From IMG/VR virus record IMGVR_UViG_3300050156_000142, positions 1 to 49,614 of that record: DNA of 49,614 nt; one strand, given 5' to 3'. The stretch is from a virus (taxonomy: Duplodnaviria > Caudoviricetes). A model generated the notes under the pieces. The model was not told the DNA's origin. It saw nothing but the letters and a program-made list of their open reading frames with translations, and did not search any database. This document shows, one piece after another, positions 18,914-28,888 of this stretch (within the stretch, counting starts at the first letter, position 1; every line of letters starts with the position of its first letter). The translations under genes and the position numbers were made by a program.

Positions 18914-20511
18914 GCTAAGGAATCCGGCCTTACTACTGAAACTAGATAATCTTGACTTGGTACAGTAATCGATGATGCTGTCATATTTCTATACCGGAGG
19001 GTAATTGTATTAGTAGAGGTTACCCAGGACAGAGACACTCCTGCCGGCACGACATCTGTAGAATAGGGAGATAAATGAACCATATCTGTATTTCTTAAGC
19101 CTGCCACTGCGATAGTATTCGTAACAGATGCTCCTGCAGCTACGACGGGGGACCATCCTCCAAAACTCGACTTAATATCTAAATCCAGCCCATTATTTAC
19201 ACCACTAGTTACATTATATTTAGCGGTGCAGCCATCTATGACGTTTTTTAACCTATTACTAATACTACTTGCATGCGGGAAATTAATTCCGTAAGGGGAA
19301 GTTCCCCCGGAATTGCCTATAAGTACATTATCAGAGACTACACTATCTACAACGGGAGTGCCGGTAGCGTCAATAATCCCTACATTCGGAGTAACTATTG
19401 AAGTTGCCCCTGTAAAAGTGTTACCTACAACAGTTACCCCATAAATAGGGGTTCCCCCCGACAACGCAACAAGTAATCCCCCGTTGCTAACATAGTTGTT
19501 ACTAACATTAACAATTTTATTTGCCTGAACAAGTACATCTACTTGATCTGAGGTATTCCCCTGTACGGTAATACCGTAACAAACAGGCGCGAAGGTGGCG
19601 TTTATAAAATAGGGGATTCTAAATCCCCCCCCATACACCCTGTTATTAGTCACAAGAAGATTTGCAACATTTATTACATCTACACAGCCAAGATTGCTAA
19701 ATCCTGCGTAGAAAGTACAGCCAGTAATTACGAAATTACTACATTGGTAGGAAGCAGTTCCTATCTTACCCCATCTAAAAGCGGTGACATCAAATGTACA
19801 ATTTACAAATTGTGTGTCATCACATTTTTCTATGTTGAAGGCATAGGATTCAGGTAATTGAAACCAGACCCTTTCAAAGTATAGGGAATTGGCCGAAGGA
19901 ACTGTACCTGGGCAGTTAAAAAGATATCCGGACCCAGATCCTGCCCCATTTTTTAAAAGCACATTGCGAATCTCACAGGCAAAATTTCCTGTAGAGGTTA
20001 CCTTGAACAAATCTTTATTCAAGGTTTCCTGGCGAAGAATTGTTCCTGCGTAAGAAAGGCCACCTTCTCCTAGAATACAAATTGCCCCAGGTAAAGAGAT
20101 AGTGTCAGTAAGTCTATAGAATCCCTCTGGGAAAAATATCGTTACCGGTTTCCCATGCACGTCCGGCAGCGGCCGGCTTAATTGATTAACTGCAGATTGA
20201 ACAAAGGAGGTATCGTCCGAGGTACCGTCCCCTTTTGCACCAAACGACTTTACATTAACCACAGAGGCCAATACCAACTTCCACCTTCCCCCGTCAGTTG
20301 CAACGATAGTTGTACCGCCATTATCAGTACTAGAGGTGTCTGAAGACTCATATCTATATAAACCGCCACCCCCATCTCCAGCTGAGTAGTACCCCAGAGT
20401 CTGTACCGTAGACTGGGCATCTTTTAGCTGAGCCCGCAAAGCTATAATATTGGTTACTACACACGGGGATTTGGTTACCTGCTGAACACCTAGATTTGTC
20501 TTCGTCGTCAT
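18910..20511 (-). CDS. Tailspike, pectate-lyase-like beta-helix (putative depolymerase)
   Basis: LGYYSAGDGGGG...DNGG...RWK module, VNVKSFGAKGDG, IFFPEG.Y, beta-helix repeats; AT-rich, inverted. Confidence 0.8.
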   Translation of the reverse strand: MTTKTNLGVQQVTKSPCVVTNIIALRAQLKDAQSTVQTLGYYSAGDGGGGLYRYESSDTSSTDNGGTTIVATDGGRWKLVLASVVNVKSFGAKGDGTSDDTSFVQSAVNQLSRPLPDVHGKPVTIFFPEGFYRLTDTISLPGAICILGEGGLSYAGTILRQETLNKDLFKVTSTGNFACEIRNVLLKNGAGSGSGYLFNCPGTVPSANSLYFERVWFQLPESYAFNIEKCDDTQFVNCTFDVTAFRWGKIGTASYQCSNFVITGCTFYAGFSNLGCVDVINVANLLVTNNRVYGGGFRIPYFINATFAPVCYGITVQGNTSDQVDVLVQANKIVNVSNNYVSNGGLLVALSGGTPIYGVTVVGNTFTGATSIVTPNVGIIDATGTPVVDSVVSDNVLIGNSGGTSPYGINFPHASSISNRLKNVIDGCTAKYNVTSGVNNGLDLDIKSSFGGWSPVVAAGASVTNTIAVAGLRNTDMVHLSPYSTDVVPAGVSLSWVTSTNTITLRYRNMTASSITVPSQDYLVSVVRPDSLA

Positions 20512-20563
20512 GCCGATATTTTAGTCTTTGGATATTGCTCAGCCACGTCCTTTCCCATAAAAT
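20512..20563. promoter_or_regulatory. Divergent sigma70-like promoters, both leaderless
   Basis: Plus: TTGCTC(20535)-N17-TAAAAT(20558-63), ATG 20570. Minus: TAAAAT (20518-23), ATG 20511. Both have 6-nt spacing. Confidence 0.6.
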
Positions 20564-20569
20564 AGACCC

Positions 20570-22534
20570 ATGGCTGACCTGTACTCCGTTATCACTGGGA
20601 TTGAACCAGACCAACAAGACATTATCGAAGCTGAGCTACTGGCTAAGCAAATTGTAGAAGCTAATTTCCCAGATATGGACCTTCGGGAAGGCACTGCTGC
20701 ACGAGATCTGGTTCTTCGACCTGCTGCATTCATTCTGGCTTTGTGTAAAAAAGGCAGTGACTACTACTTTGCCCAGAACACTTTGGCAGGTATCGACGAC
20801 ACCTCGTCTACTGAAATAGTAGACTCCCTCTTAGGTAACCTTTTCCTAGAGCGGAACACCGGATCATATGCAGTCATCAACGTTCGCCTCTACTTCGCTC
20901 GACAAAAGTCAGTCTCCCTCTCAACTGCGACAAGCTTCTCTACCGATGGGTCTTTAACCTATTTCCCTGCTACGGCAATGACCTTGCCTCAAACTGCTCT
21001 GCAGTACGACTCATACCAAAATGAATGGTACGTGGATGTGGACTTAGTTGCTTCTGAGAAAGGTACCGACTATAACCTCAGCTCTGGATCCCTGTTGTAC
21101 TTTAGCAATTTCGATCCGTACTTCCTCCATGCGGAAATAAACTACCTGTCGCAATCAAGTACAGCATCTGAGACGAATACTCAGTTTATCTCTAGAGCTT
21201 CAACAGCTATCAGCACCCGTAATCTAATCAATAAACCCTCTATTGACAGTATTTTGCGCCAAACGTTCAATACTTTGAATAGAGTCACTTCTATTGGAGC
21301 GGGGGATACCGAGTGTTACCGGGATCAGGTCCTTATCAGAGGGGCTACTACCTTAATAGGAACTTCTCTGTCCTGCTATTTCAACAGTACCGCAACCACA
21401 GTGACTGTGTATCTACCTGGGCATTCCTTATTCAATAGCGCCTTAGTCTCCATAGAGGAAACGTCAGGGCTGTTTCCCCTGGTAATCCTACGCGCCCCGA
21501 TTACAGTAGTAGACTCTAATACTTTCACCCTACCTGTACCCTTCTCTATTCCATACAGAACCCTAGCCTCTTGCAGAGTTTCTTCCGTAGATATGGACAT
21601 CTATGCGCATCAAGGAGGAGCTGTCGATATCTTTTGTGCAGAAACAGTCTCTTCAAAAGTCTATCAATACACTTTGGATACCAATGGTGTTTGCCAAGTC
21701 ATAGGCCCGGTGTACTCTATATCCCGGAGTAGCGTTTCCGGAGGTAGCAGCGAAGACACTGTAGCTACTGGAGTCTCGTTCTCCGTTGACAACCCTTACA
21801 AGCTCACCCAGTCTTGTACCATAGCAGTTAACACTGACGGTACCTTGTTAGTCTCTGCCAGCAATCTGCCTGTGAAGGTAGGAAGAACGGTGAAGTTAGC
21901 CGGGTGGCCTTCTATTTCAGCTACTCAATTAGTAGAAGTGTCTTCTATTCTAAGCGACACCTCCTTTATTGCAGGTAAAGGGTTTGGTTCTACCGTAATA
22001 GGCACTGGGCTTACCCCTACCCTATCATTTGTAGACCCTAAACACGATGTAGGATTTTCAGAGCGCCAAGCCCTAAACGTCTCTTTCGGGGCGCTGAACG
22101 CCGGGAAGACTGTAACCTTGGAACTAGGGTACTTCCCTCAAACCGAGTCAGTGCAAGGATACCTTGACTTGAGTGACTCTAGAGTTCTATGTGGAGACTA
22201 CCTTGCTAGGGGATATGACGTTTACCTGTTAGACATCACAGCAGTGTCTTATATCGCTCCTGCCCCCGGGACGGGCGCAATCCAGCTTGCGTTGGATACT
22301 TACCTTAAGACGTTAGGTGCAGGGTCTGAGCTTATCCTATCTGACCTCGTAGCCTCCTTAACTTCTGCTGGGATAGAGGGGTTAAAAACCCCTCTGGGCG
22401 TGACGTACAACTACTATAGTAAAGACGTGATAGGTCATACTTCAGGAGTCATTGTAGACGTTATTAAGCCGATTAGTCCTACCTCTATTTTCCTAGTAAA
22501 TTCTGTCACGACTTCTCTGGGAACAGTGAGCTAA
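20570..22534 (+). CDS. Baseplate J-like wedge protein
   Basis: DLREGTAARDLVLRP, FLERNTGSYA, ASEKGTDYN, ETNTQFISR motifs of gpJ/gp6 family. Confidence 0.75.
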   Translation: MADLYSVITGIEPDQQDIIEAELLAKQIVEANFPDMDLREGTAARDLVLRPAAFILALCKKGSDYYFAQNTLAGIDDTSSTEIVDSLLGNLFLERNTGSYAVINVRLYFARQKSVSLSTATSFSTDGSLTYFPATAMTLPQTALQYDSYQNEWYVDVDLVASEKGTDYNLSSGSLLYFSNFDPYFLHAEINYLSQSSTASETNTQFISRASTAISTRNLINKPSIDSILRQTFNTLNRVTSIGAGDTECYRDQVLIRGATTLIGTSLSCYFNSTATTVTVYLPGHSLFNSALVSIEETSGLFPLVILRAPITVVDSNTFTLPVPFSIPYRTLASCRVSSVDMDIYAHQGGAVDIFCAETVSSKVYQYTLDTNGVCQVIGPVYSISRSSVSGGSSEDTVATGVSFSVDNPYKLTQSCTIAVNTDGTLLVSASNLPVKVGRTVKLAGWPSISATQLVEVSSILSDTSFIAGKGFGSTVIGTGLTPTLSFVDPKHDVGFSERQALNVSFGALNAGKTVTLELGYFPQTESVQGYLDLSDSRVLCGDYLARGYDVYLLDITAVSYIAPAPGTGAIQLALDTYLKTLGAGSELILSDLVASLTSAGIEGLKTPLGVTYNYYSKDVIGHTSGVIVDVIKPISPTSIFLVNSVTTSLGTVS

Positions 22535-22537
22535 ACC

Positions 22538-23764
22538 ATGTTAACGCCTAGTTCAATCTTTACAAACTCCGGAGTTGACGTAGATAACGGCCGGCGGAAC
22601 ATTACATATTTGTACGGGTTATCAGATTTCTTCACGTTCATTTTTGAAGATTCAGACAAGGTTTCTACCATAGTTGAAACCCAGGCGATCTCCGCTAGCG
22701 ATATCTATAGCCGGTTTCTTCAAAAAACGTCCTCACTTTCTCTGGGGCAAGTACAGACAAACACGGGCGTCACTTTGAAGTTGATCTTGGTTAAGAATTC
22801 AGACCAGATCGGAGTTCTTCCGGAGTACCTTATTTCTGAAGGAATTGCTGCGTCAAAGTACTTGTCCAATAGACCTTTCTTGCCGACTTCTACCCTAGAG
22901 GAAAACGTTGACTTCAAATTTGAACAGCAGTCCCCGACCTCGACTAAGCTTCGTCTAGCCAGGCCTATCGAGGAGTACAAATTCTCCCGGAGAGTGCTTT
23001 CCGATGGAAGCGAAGAATTTGCAATTTGGGTAGTTGACGCTGTTATGGACGAGCAGTTAACTTATAAAGCATTTGGGCAATTGCTAGGGATAAAAGCGGA
23101 GGTCTCTTCTGAGCAGTTTTCAAATTTCATTTACGGGTTATACTTTATCTACCTAAACGGTCCCACCTTAAGGGTTTTACAACAAGGATTGAATCTGGTA
23201 TTAGGGATACCTTTGGCTCGAGAAACAGAGACGGTCATTGATGTGAGGACATATCTGGAGACGGATCAGTACTTGGTACTGACTGAGAATAACCAATACC
23301 TATTGCCAAACGGTATCACTCCTGCAGTCTCAGTCGGGGATACTTTGGATCAAGGGGACGCCGTAGCTACTTGGGTGGAGCTGAAAGACTATATCTCAGA
23401 CGGGTCTTGGTGGTTGGACGTTACCATTCCTGAGACGGTGATTAGGAGTCTTCCTCCAGGCCAACCTGATAGGTTTGCAAGAGAGGGTTCTCCTTACTCC
23501 AGAATCATGACAGACTACCTATATCGGAATACCTTTCTGATTCAGATAAATACGGATTCTTTTACCGACAATCAGTACTTCTCACAAATCTCGGATATTC
23601 TCATGAACGTCAAGCCTGCATATGCCCAACCCATCTACGTATGGAAAACTACTTTTGACAACGATGACTTCTCCATAGATGAAAGCTCTTTAAGTTCTAC
23701 GCAGGTGCCTGGACAAATCACATCCATTAACTGCCTGCCTATTGATGTGATTACAATGGGTTAA
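22538..23764 (+). CDS. Baseplate wedge protein (gpI/gp7-like)
   Basis: GPTLRVL and NVKPAY motifs; follows J-like gene. Confidence 0.55.
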   Translation: MLTPSSIFTNSGVDVDNGRRNITYLYGLSDFFTFIFEDSDKVSTIVETQAISASDIYSRFLQKTSSLSLGQVQTNTGVTLKLILVKNSDQIGVLPEYLISEGIAASKYLSNRPFLPTSTLEENVDFKFEQQSPTSTKLRLARPIEEYKFSRRVLSDGSEEFAIWVVDAVMDEQLTYKAFGQLLGIKAEVSSEQFSNFIYGLYFIYLNGPTLRVLQQGLNLVLGIPLARETETVIDVRTYLETDQYLVLTENNQYLLPNGITPAVSVGDTLDQGDAVATWVELKDYISDGSWWLDVTIPETVIRSLPPGQPDRFAREGSPYSRIMTDYLYRNTFLIQINTDSFTDNQYFSQISDILMNVKPAYAQPIYVWKTTFDNDDFSIDESSLSSTQVPGQITSINCLPIDVITMG

Positions 23765-23785
23765 GTCTCACGCTTAAGATTAAGC

Positions 23786-23814
23786 TTGAATTTTGCTACA
23801 AAAAACCTTAGAAT
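23786..23814 (+). promoter_or_regulatory. Sigma70-like promoter TTGAAT-N17-TAGAAT, leaderless
   Basis: -10 ends 6 nt before ATG 23821. Confidence 0.65.
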
Positions 23815-23820
23815 ACCTGC

Positions 23821-24339
23821 ATGGCTCAGACCTCGACTTTAACCTCTCTTCCTCCCTCAGAAAAAGATCGGACTTCTTTTGGCATTTCTGGAAGAGTCCA
23901 TATCTACAAGAAATTTGACTCTGGGCTGGAAGAAACGGTCTTTCACGAGGATAACTTGATTGTCCAGAACGGCAAGCTGCTTGTCCTGACAAACCTGTAT
24001 TTCCCTCAAGGAGGAGGCGACCCTTTGGCCTATGCCAAGGTAGGCACTGGGGGAGCCTACGACCCTGCAGGAGCTTTCTTGAAGCCGGTCACTACGGATA
24101 TGACTGACCTATTCTCCCCAGTGGAGATTATCCCTATCTACCGGGCAGCGCAAGACGCCAGTATCCCTAGCGTAACAATGTTGGCCAGCGTAGATAACTC
24201 TCAGGGAAATGGGTTAAGATTGAACGAAGCTGGGTTCTTTTCCAGGTCAGGGATTATGTTCAATATCAAGGTCTTTCCTGGGACTCTAAAGACTACAGCT
24301 TTTGCACTGAACTTTCGCTGGGACATCAAGATTATATAA
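23821..24339 (+). CDS. Tail-fibre attachment / collar domain protein
   Basis: NLIV..G, VGTG, LNEAGFF, F.W.I motifs of tail-collar (gpH N-terminal-like) domains. Confidence 0.6.
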   Translation: MAQTSTLTSLPPSEKDRTSFGISGRVHIYKKFDSGLEETVFHEDNLIVQNGKLLVLTNLYFPQGGGDPLAYAKVGTGGAYDPAGAFLKPVTTDMTDLFSPVEIIPIYRAAQDASIPSVTMLASVDNSQGNGLRLNEAGFFSRSGIMFNIKVFPGTLKTTAFALNFRWDIKII

Positions 24340-24698
24340 TGGCTACTACTGTTAATATTACCGAAGCCATTCAGGATGGTAAATGGCATGTAACCACGTC
24401 CATCTCAGTTGGAAGTGACATTCCTCGAGATATCTACATGTACGAAAACACTGGTACTGGACTAGGCTCTTATATGGGAGTTTGTACCATTGCTGAGTAC
24501 AAGAAGCTCCAATCTTTCACGGGCACTGCAATTCCTACTTTTGGAAATAAGTACATACGTTCTGACACTGGAGTAAACGTCGTCCCCTTGACTACAGACC
24601 CTAAGACGATTTCTGATAAGATGGTCTCAGATATAACTTCGTTCAGAACCGAGTTTCTAGCAGGGTATACCTCTTCTAGAATTGCAGTAATCTCCTAA
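24339..24698 (+). CDS. Hypothetical structural protein
   Basis: TAATG coupling; context. Confidence 0.6.
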   Translation: MATTVNITEAIQDGKWHVTTSISVGSDIPRDIYMYENTGTGLGSYMGVCTIAEYKKLQSFTGTAIPTFGNKYIRSDTGVNVVPLTTDPKTISDKMVSDITSFRTEFLAGYTSSRIAVIS

Positions 24699-24715
24699 AC
24701 GACGCGCAGATTCAA

Positions 24716-25597
24716 ATGGCAAAAGATACTACCAAATATTCCAATAATGCAAGAGCGGTGCTTATGCAACCGATTCTTGCAACCGACCAAGTCTTACAGG
24801 TCAATAGTGTAGCAGCATTCCCGACCCTTAGTAGCACTACTGAGAGCTTCATGGTAACGCTGGACGATGGCTCCTTTACGGAAATCGTTAAGGTGCAGGG
24901 GATTTTGGGAAGCACTTTTATCAATTGCCTCCGAGGTCAAGAAGGGACAACTGCCAGGGCTTTTGCAGTTACGACTAAGGTTGAAAATCGCTTAACGGCC
25001 GGGAACATTACTGCTTTTGCCAGGCTCACAGACCGAGTGGCAGATGTCACTTCCCTAGAGGATCTGGTTGCCCCGGCTAGTACAAATGCAAACAGTATTC
25101 TTTGCGCAAGTGTTGATGCAGGCGGATTGCCAATCTTTGTGCTAAAGAGTGGTACCTTGTGGAGAAGCCTGAATTACTCTCAACTCCTATTGACCGGCGC
25201 TGCCGGGGTAGGGGGGAGCACAACTTCGATTAGTCTGGCAAGTGCATCTACGCTACTACCCCTGTCTGCAGCTAAGGCTTATGTCATCCAGTTCACCTCG
25301 GGAACCGAGCTGGGGAAACTTCGTTTCTTGACAGTAGGGGCCTCTTCTGTTTCGTGGGCTACTGCACTAGCCTCTGCCCCGCTATCTACCGATACGTTTG
25401 AGATATACCAGTGCTCAAATCTGGCAATGATGCCTACGGGGGCGGGTCCAGACAAGGTCTTTTTTGAGAATAGTCAAATAGTTACCCGCAGCTACTCCCT
25501 TACTCCTGGGAAAAATGCAGTCTCTGCAGGACCAATCCTTATCCAACCAGGGGTGACAGTAACCGTCCCGACAGGTGCAGGTTGGAGCGTAGTTTAA
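24716..25597 (+). CDS. Tail fibre / adaptor protein
   Basis: EIVKV...RGQEGTTARAF...VENRLTA N-domain; C-terminal NAVSAGP...VTVTVPTG..W. Confidence 0.65.
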   Translation: MAKDTTKYSNNARAVLMQPILATDQVLQVNSVAAFPTLSSTTESFMVTLDDGSFTEIVKVQGILGSTFINCLRGQEGTTARAFAVTTKVENRLTAGNITAFARLTDRVADVTSLEDLVAPASTNANSILCASVDAGGLPIFVLKSGTLWRSLNYSQLLLTGAAGVGGSTTSISLASASTLLPLSAAKAYVIQFTSGTELGKLRFLTVGASSVSWATALASAPLSTDTFEIYQCSNLAMMPTGAGPDKVFFENSQIVTRSYSLTPGKNAVSAGPILIQPGVTVTVPTGAGWSVV

Positions 25598-25598
25598 T

Positions 25599-26357
25599 AT
25601 GTCCACCCTAAACGTAAATAAGATAGTCCCAGTAGATACTCCTAACGTGGAGATCCAAGGTTTAAATGCGCCTACTTACAATGGGAAAGAGCTGGCCACC
25701 CTACTCTCTCCTGCATTTTCAGGGGTGTCGACCTCTACGACTCCTCCTGCAGGGGATAACTCCAACAGAATCGCCACGACTCAGTTCGTAACCACTGCTA
25801 CGCCTGTCCCTACCTTACCCTCCGGAGGAGGGGGGACGGTATACTCAGGGGTATCTGCTAAATATGCAAGAGAAGATCACTCTCACCCCACCGACATTAC
25901 TCGAGCCCCTCTTGTAAGCCCAGCCTTTGGAGGCGTACCTAGCGCACCTACTTGGGCAATGGGTACCAGCACCGGAGCGCTGGCTACGACGAAATTTGCT
26001 TGTCCGAATTTTTCACATACGGCAGTCTTAGGTGGTACGTTTTATGACACTCTACCTAGCGGATTGATTATCCTAGGGTTTAACGTGGTGTTTACGGTAG
26101 CCGGGTATGCTACTGGGGATATTCCCACAACAGGTTCTAATATTTCAGTCACAATCCCTAACGTGGGGGCAGGTATCCCTACCTCCGTGGTTTGGATGCA
26201 GGCACAGCTTACTGCAACGAATGGGGTAGCTTCTACCTTTGCAGGAGTCACGTCAATCACCAGCCTTACTTCTACGACCCTCGGGATCAAGTTAGAGGAA
26301 TTTACCGGGTCAGTGCAAACTTGTACTATTAACTGTACACTGTTCGGTAAAGCTTAA
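25599..26357 (+). CDS. Tail fibre protein
   Basis: MSTLNVNKI start, SPAFSG...GDNSNRIATTQFV repeats, AREDHSHP, LPSGLII domain. Confidence 0.7.
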   Translation: MSTLNVNKIVPVDTPNVEIQGLNAPTYNGKELATLLSPAFSGVSTSTTPPAGDNSNRIATTQFVTTATPVPTLPSGGGGTVYSGVSAKYAREDHSHPTDITRAPLVSPAFGGVPSAPTWAMGTSTGALATTKFACPNFSHTAVLGGTFYDTLPSGLIILGFNVVFTVAGYATGDIPTTGSNISVTIPNVGAGIPTSVVWMQAQLTATNGVASTFAGVTSITSLTSTTLGIKLEEFTGSVQTCTINCTLFGKA

Positions 26358-26371
26358 TTTATAAAAACGTA

Positions 26372-28273
26372 ATGTCCACCTTACATTCCAACACCGTAGA
26401 AGCCACTACCATCAGCTCCGGGGTACCAGGCGTTCCTGTTAATTTCACCGGAACTGCTCCCCCGACTTTTAACGGAGTAGCTATTGGCACTGCGGGTACC
26501 GCCTTATCCATCACCAGAGAATATATCTCCCTGGCTGCAGGGGCTACCATTGTTAACTTCTCAGTTGTATCCTATGTTCCAGGCACAGATGTTATCTTTG
26601 TTTATGCGAACGGCATAAAACTACGTAAAAACGTAGACTACACTGAGACTAACTCTACTAGAATTACCTTAGCTGCCCCGTACGCCTCTACTGCAATTAT
26701 CGAAGTAGACGTCCTAGTTCCTGCGTCCACTTCAGGTACCAGTGTTGGGGCTACCGATATTACATTGAGAGCAGACTTAGCTTCTCCTGATGCTGGTAAG
26801 GGGTCAGGACTGGTCTACGGGGTGAACAGGGTCGTTAATACGATTTCAGATTTACGGGCGCTGACTCATCTAGGATCGACTACGGTACTGGTACTTGGAT
26901 ATTACTCGGCGGGAGATGGTGGAGGTGGGATCTATAGATACGACTCTACAGACACCTCTAGTACTGATAACGGCGGCACAATTATCATGTCAGTTGATAA
27001 TAGCCGCTGGAAGCTTGTGTACAGGGAGGATGTCTCCATCCGACAATTTGGATGTAATCCTTCTCAAACAGGATCAGGGAATAGCACCGCCCTTGCAGCT
27101 GCGATTGCTTGGGCAGCTCCAATAGGTCATACTTTACACGCTTCAGAGGGTACTTACAATTTCAGCTCAGCACTCACTGTGGATGCTAGCAGTCACCCCT
27201 ATGGAGTTCGAATCAAGGGGGTCGGTGCTAGTGCGGTCAAGTTTAATTACTCTACTTTAGCTTCGGGGACTTCTTTTCTAAAGATTACGGGCTGGAGTGG
27301 AATCTTGGTAAACGGCTCAATTGAAGGCATTAGCTTTGAAGGTAACTCTGCGACAGTTGCCGTTGAACTTCAAGGTTCATGCTCTCAGCATCTCCGTCGC
27401 TGTAACATAGGACCTAATGCAGTAGGTATCCTTTTTCATAACTATGCTACCGGCCAATTCACAGAGTACTGCACGGCAGATGAGACTCAGTTTCAACCCA
27501 CTTGCTTGACAGCCATTGAATATCGGAAAACTAGCGGTAACCAATCCTTCCATGGATCCGGTCTAAAGAACCGTTGCCAAATCAATACTCCTTCGACCGG
27601 AACTCCGGTGGTTATCAAAGTAGGGGCAGATTGCCTGGTCTACAACGCACCTCTGGATGCTCAAGTTTGGGTTAACGCTACTAGTACGTTGATTCAGAAT
27701 AACAATACAGGTACTCCTGCAGTAAATAACTGTAACTGGCATGGTACTTTAACCATTGAGCCGTTTTCTGCAACTCTAACTTTGGCTACAGGGTATACAA
27801 GAACTTACTTTACAGGTACCATTAATTCTATCGCAGAGTACGTCTCCTACGGGGTATTTAAGCACTGCGATTCTGTTATCGTTAATCATGACGGTAATGT
27901 GCGGGCTCTACCGAAGAGTGCCAATAAGAATAGTATTACATTAGGTACCGGATCTACGACGATAGATCTAGGTTGGTGGGCAGGGTTTCCTAATCCACTA
28001 GGAGGTATGTCCACCTCTACGTTGGCTTATGTGTATATAGTAGGATCAAACTATTACTATGGGTTTATCCTCTCCTTAACTCATAATCCGTTCGGTGGAA
28101 ACGGGGCAGCCAATATTTTAGCTACTCCTTTTTCTTTCAATACTGCAGGGTACGGGGCACCTACTTTTATTCTAAACTCATCAGATCAATTAGTGATTAC
28201 TAATGCAGGGTACCCTACTTCTGGGGTTACCTGTAACATTTCACTAGTACCGATAGGTTGGGGGCAACCTTAA
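26372..28273 (+). CDS. Tailspike / depolymerase
   Basis: Adaptor VYANG.KLR...DY.ET, GYYSAGDGGGG module, VSIRQFG, beta-helix body. Confidence 0.75.
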   Translation: MSTLHSNTVEATTISSGVPGVPVNFTGTAPPTFNGVAIGTAGTALSITREYISLAAGATIVNFSVVSYVPGTDVIFVYANGIKLRKNVDYTETNSTRITLAAPYASTAIIEVDVLVPASTSGTSVGATDITLRADLASPDAGKGSGLVYGVNRVVNTISDLRALTHLGSTTVLVLGYYSAGDGGGGIYRYDSTDTSSTDNGGTIIMSVDNSRWKLVYREDVSIRQFGCNPSQTGSGNSTALAAAIAWAAPIGHTLHASEGTYNFSSALTVDASSHPYGVRIKGVGASAVKFNYSTLASGTSFLKITGWSGILVNGSIEGISFEGNSATVAVELQGSCSQHLRRCNIGPNAVGILFHNYATGQFTEYCTADETQFQPTCLTAIEYRKTSGNQSFHGSGLKNRCQINTPSTGTPVVIKVGADCLVYNAPLDAQVWVNATSTLIQNNNTGTPAVNNCNWHGTLTIEPFSATLTLATGYTRTYFTGTINSIAEYVSYGVFKHCDSVIVNHDGNVRALPKSANKNSITLGTGSTTIDLGWWAGFPNPLGGMSTSTLAYVYIVGSNYYYGFILSLTHNPFGGNGAANILATPFSFNTAGYGAPTFILNSSDQLVITNAGYPTSGVTCNISLVPIGWGQP

Positions 28274-28282
28274 AATCATCCC

Positions 28283-28786
28283 ATGGATGCCTCTTTAACC
28301 CAAGCCGCTCCTGCAGCCCTCTTAGGGTCTGCATTCATCTCCTTCCTTGGAGGGACGGCTTTTCGTTTGCTGCTAAGCTATTTGATGGACCGATACACGG
28401 TTCGTCAAGAGCACTACTACGAGTTACAGCGAATCAAAATCCAAGATGAAATCGAGGCTAACGTCCATGCCAGAAACCTGCAAGCTCTTCGGGTTCAGTC
28501 TGACCTAGGTATTCAAGTTGTAGAGTCTCAACGTGCATATGATGCAACTTTGTTTGATAATATGCAATTTGAAAAGGCGGTAGAGAGCGTTAGTAAGCCT
28601 ACCGGAAATACTAAGATAGATGCCATTAACTCCTTGATTAGGCCGCTCCTAGCAGTTACCTGTATTGGGGTTTGGATTTGGAACATCTACGCTAAACGGG
28701 GAATTCTAACTTCGTGGGACTTGGAGCTAATTGCAGCAACTCTTGGGGTATTTGTAGGATCTCGTATTCATCATAAAGGCGCTTGA
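28283..28786 (+). CDS. Membrane protein, possible holin
   Basis: N-terminal TM, coiled coil, INSLIRP followed by two TMs. Confidence 0.5.
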   Translation: MDASLTQAAPAALLGSAFISFLGGTAFRLLLSYLMDRYTVRQEHYYELQRIKIQDEIEANVHARNLQALRVQSDLGIQVVESQRAYDATLFDNMQFEKAVESVSKPTGNTKIDAINSLIRPLLAVTCIGVWIWNIYAKRGILTSWDLELIAATLGVFVGSRIHHKGA

Positions 28787-28825
28787 TTAAAAGACGCCTA
28801 AGTTTGAGTCTGTTTTAAAGCCAGC

Positions 28826-28854
28826 TTGTCTGGCTTTTCTTTTTCCTATAAAAT
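28826..28854 (+). promoter_or_regulatory. Sigma70-like promoter TTGTCT-N17-TAAAAT overlapping terminator hairpin AAAGCCAG/CTGGCTTT
   Basis: Hexamer spacing; implies true start at ATG 28889. Confidence 0.55.
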
Positions 28855-28888
28855 AGACTCATCTTCGACAGACTATTTTACTAATTTC

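Noticed and set aside
28826-28888. TTG start for the large tailspike
   Set aside because: It is the -35 hexamer of a promoter; ATG 28889 matches paralogous MSTL starts
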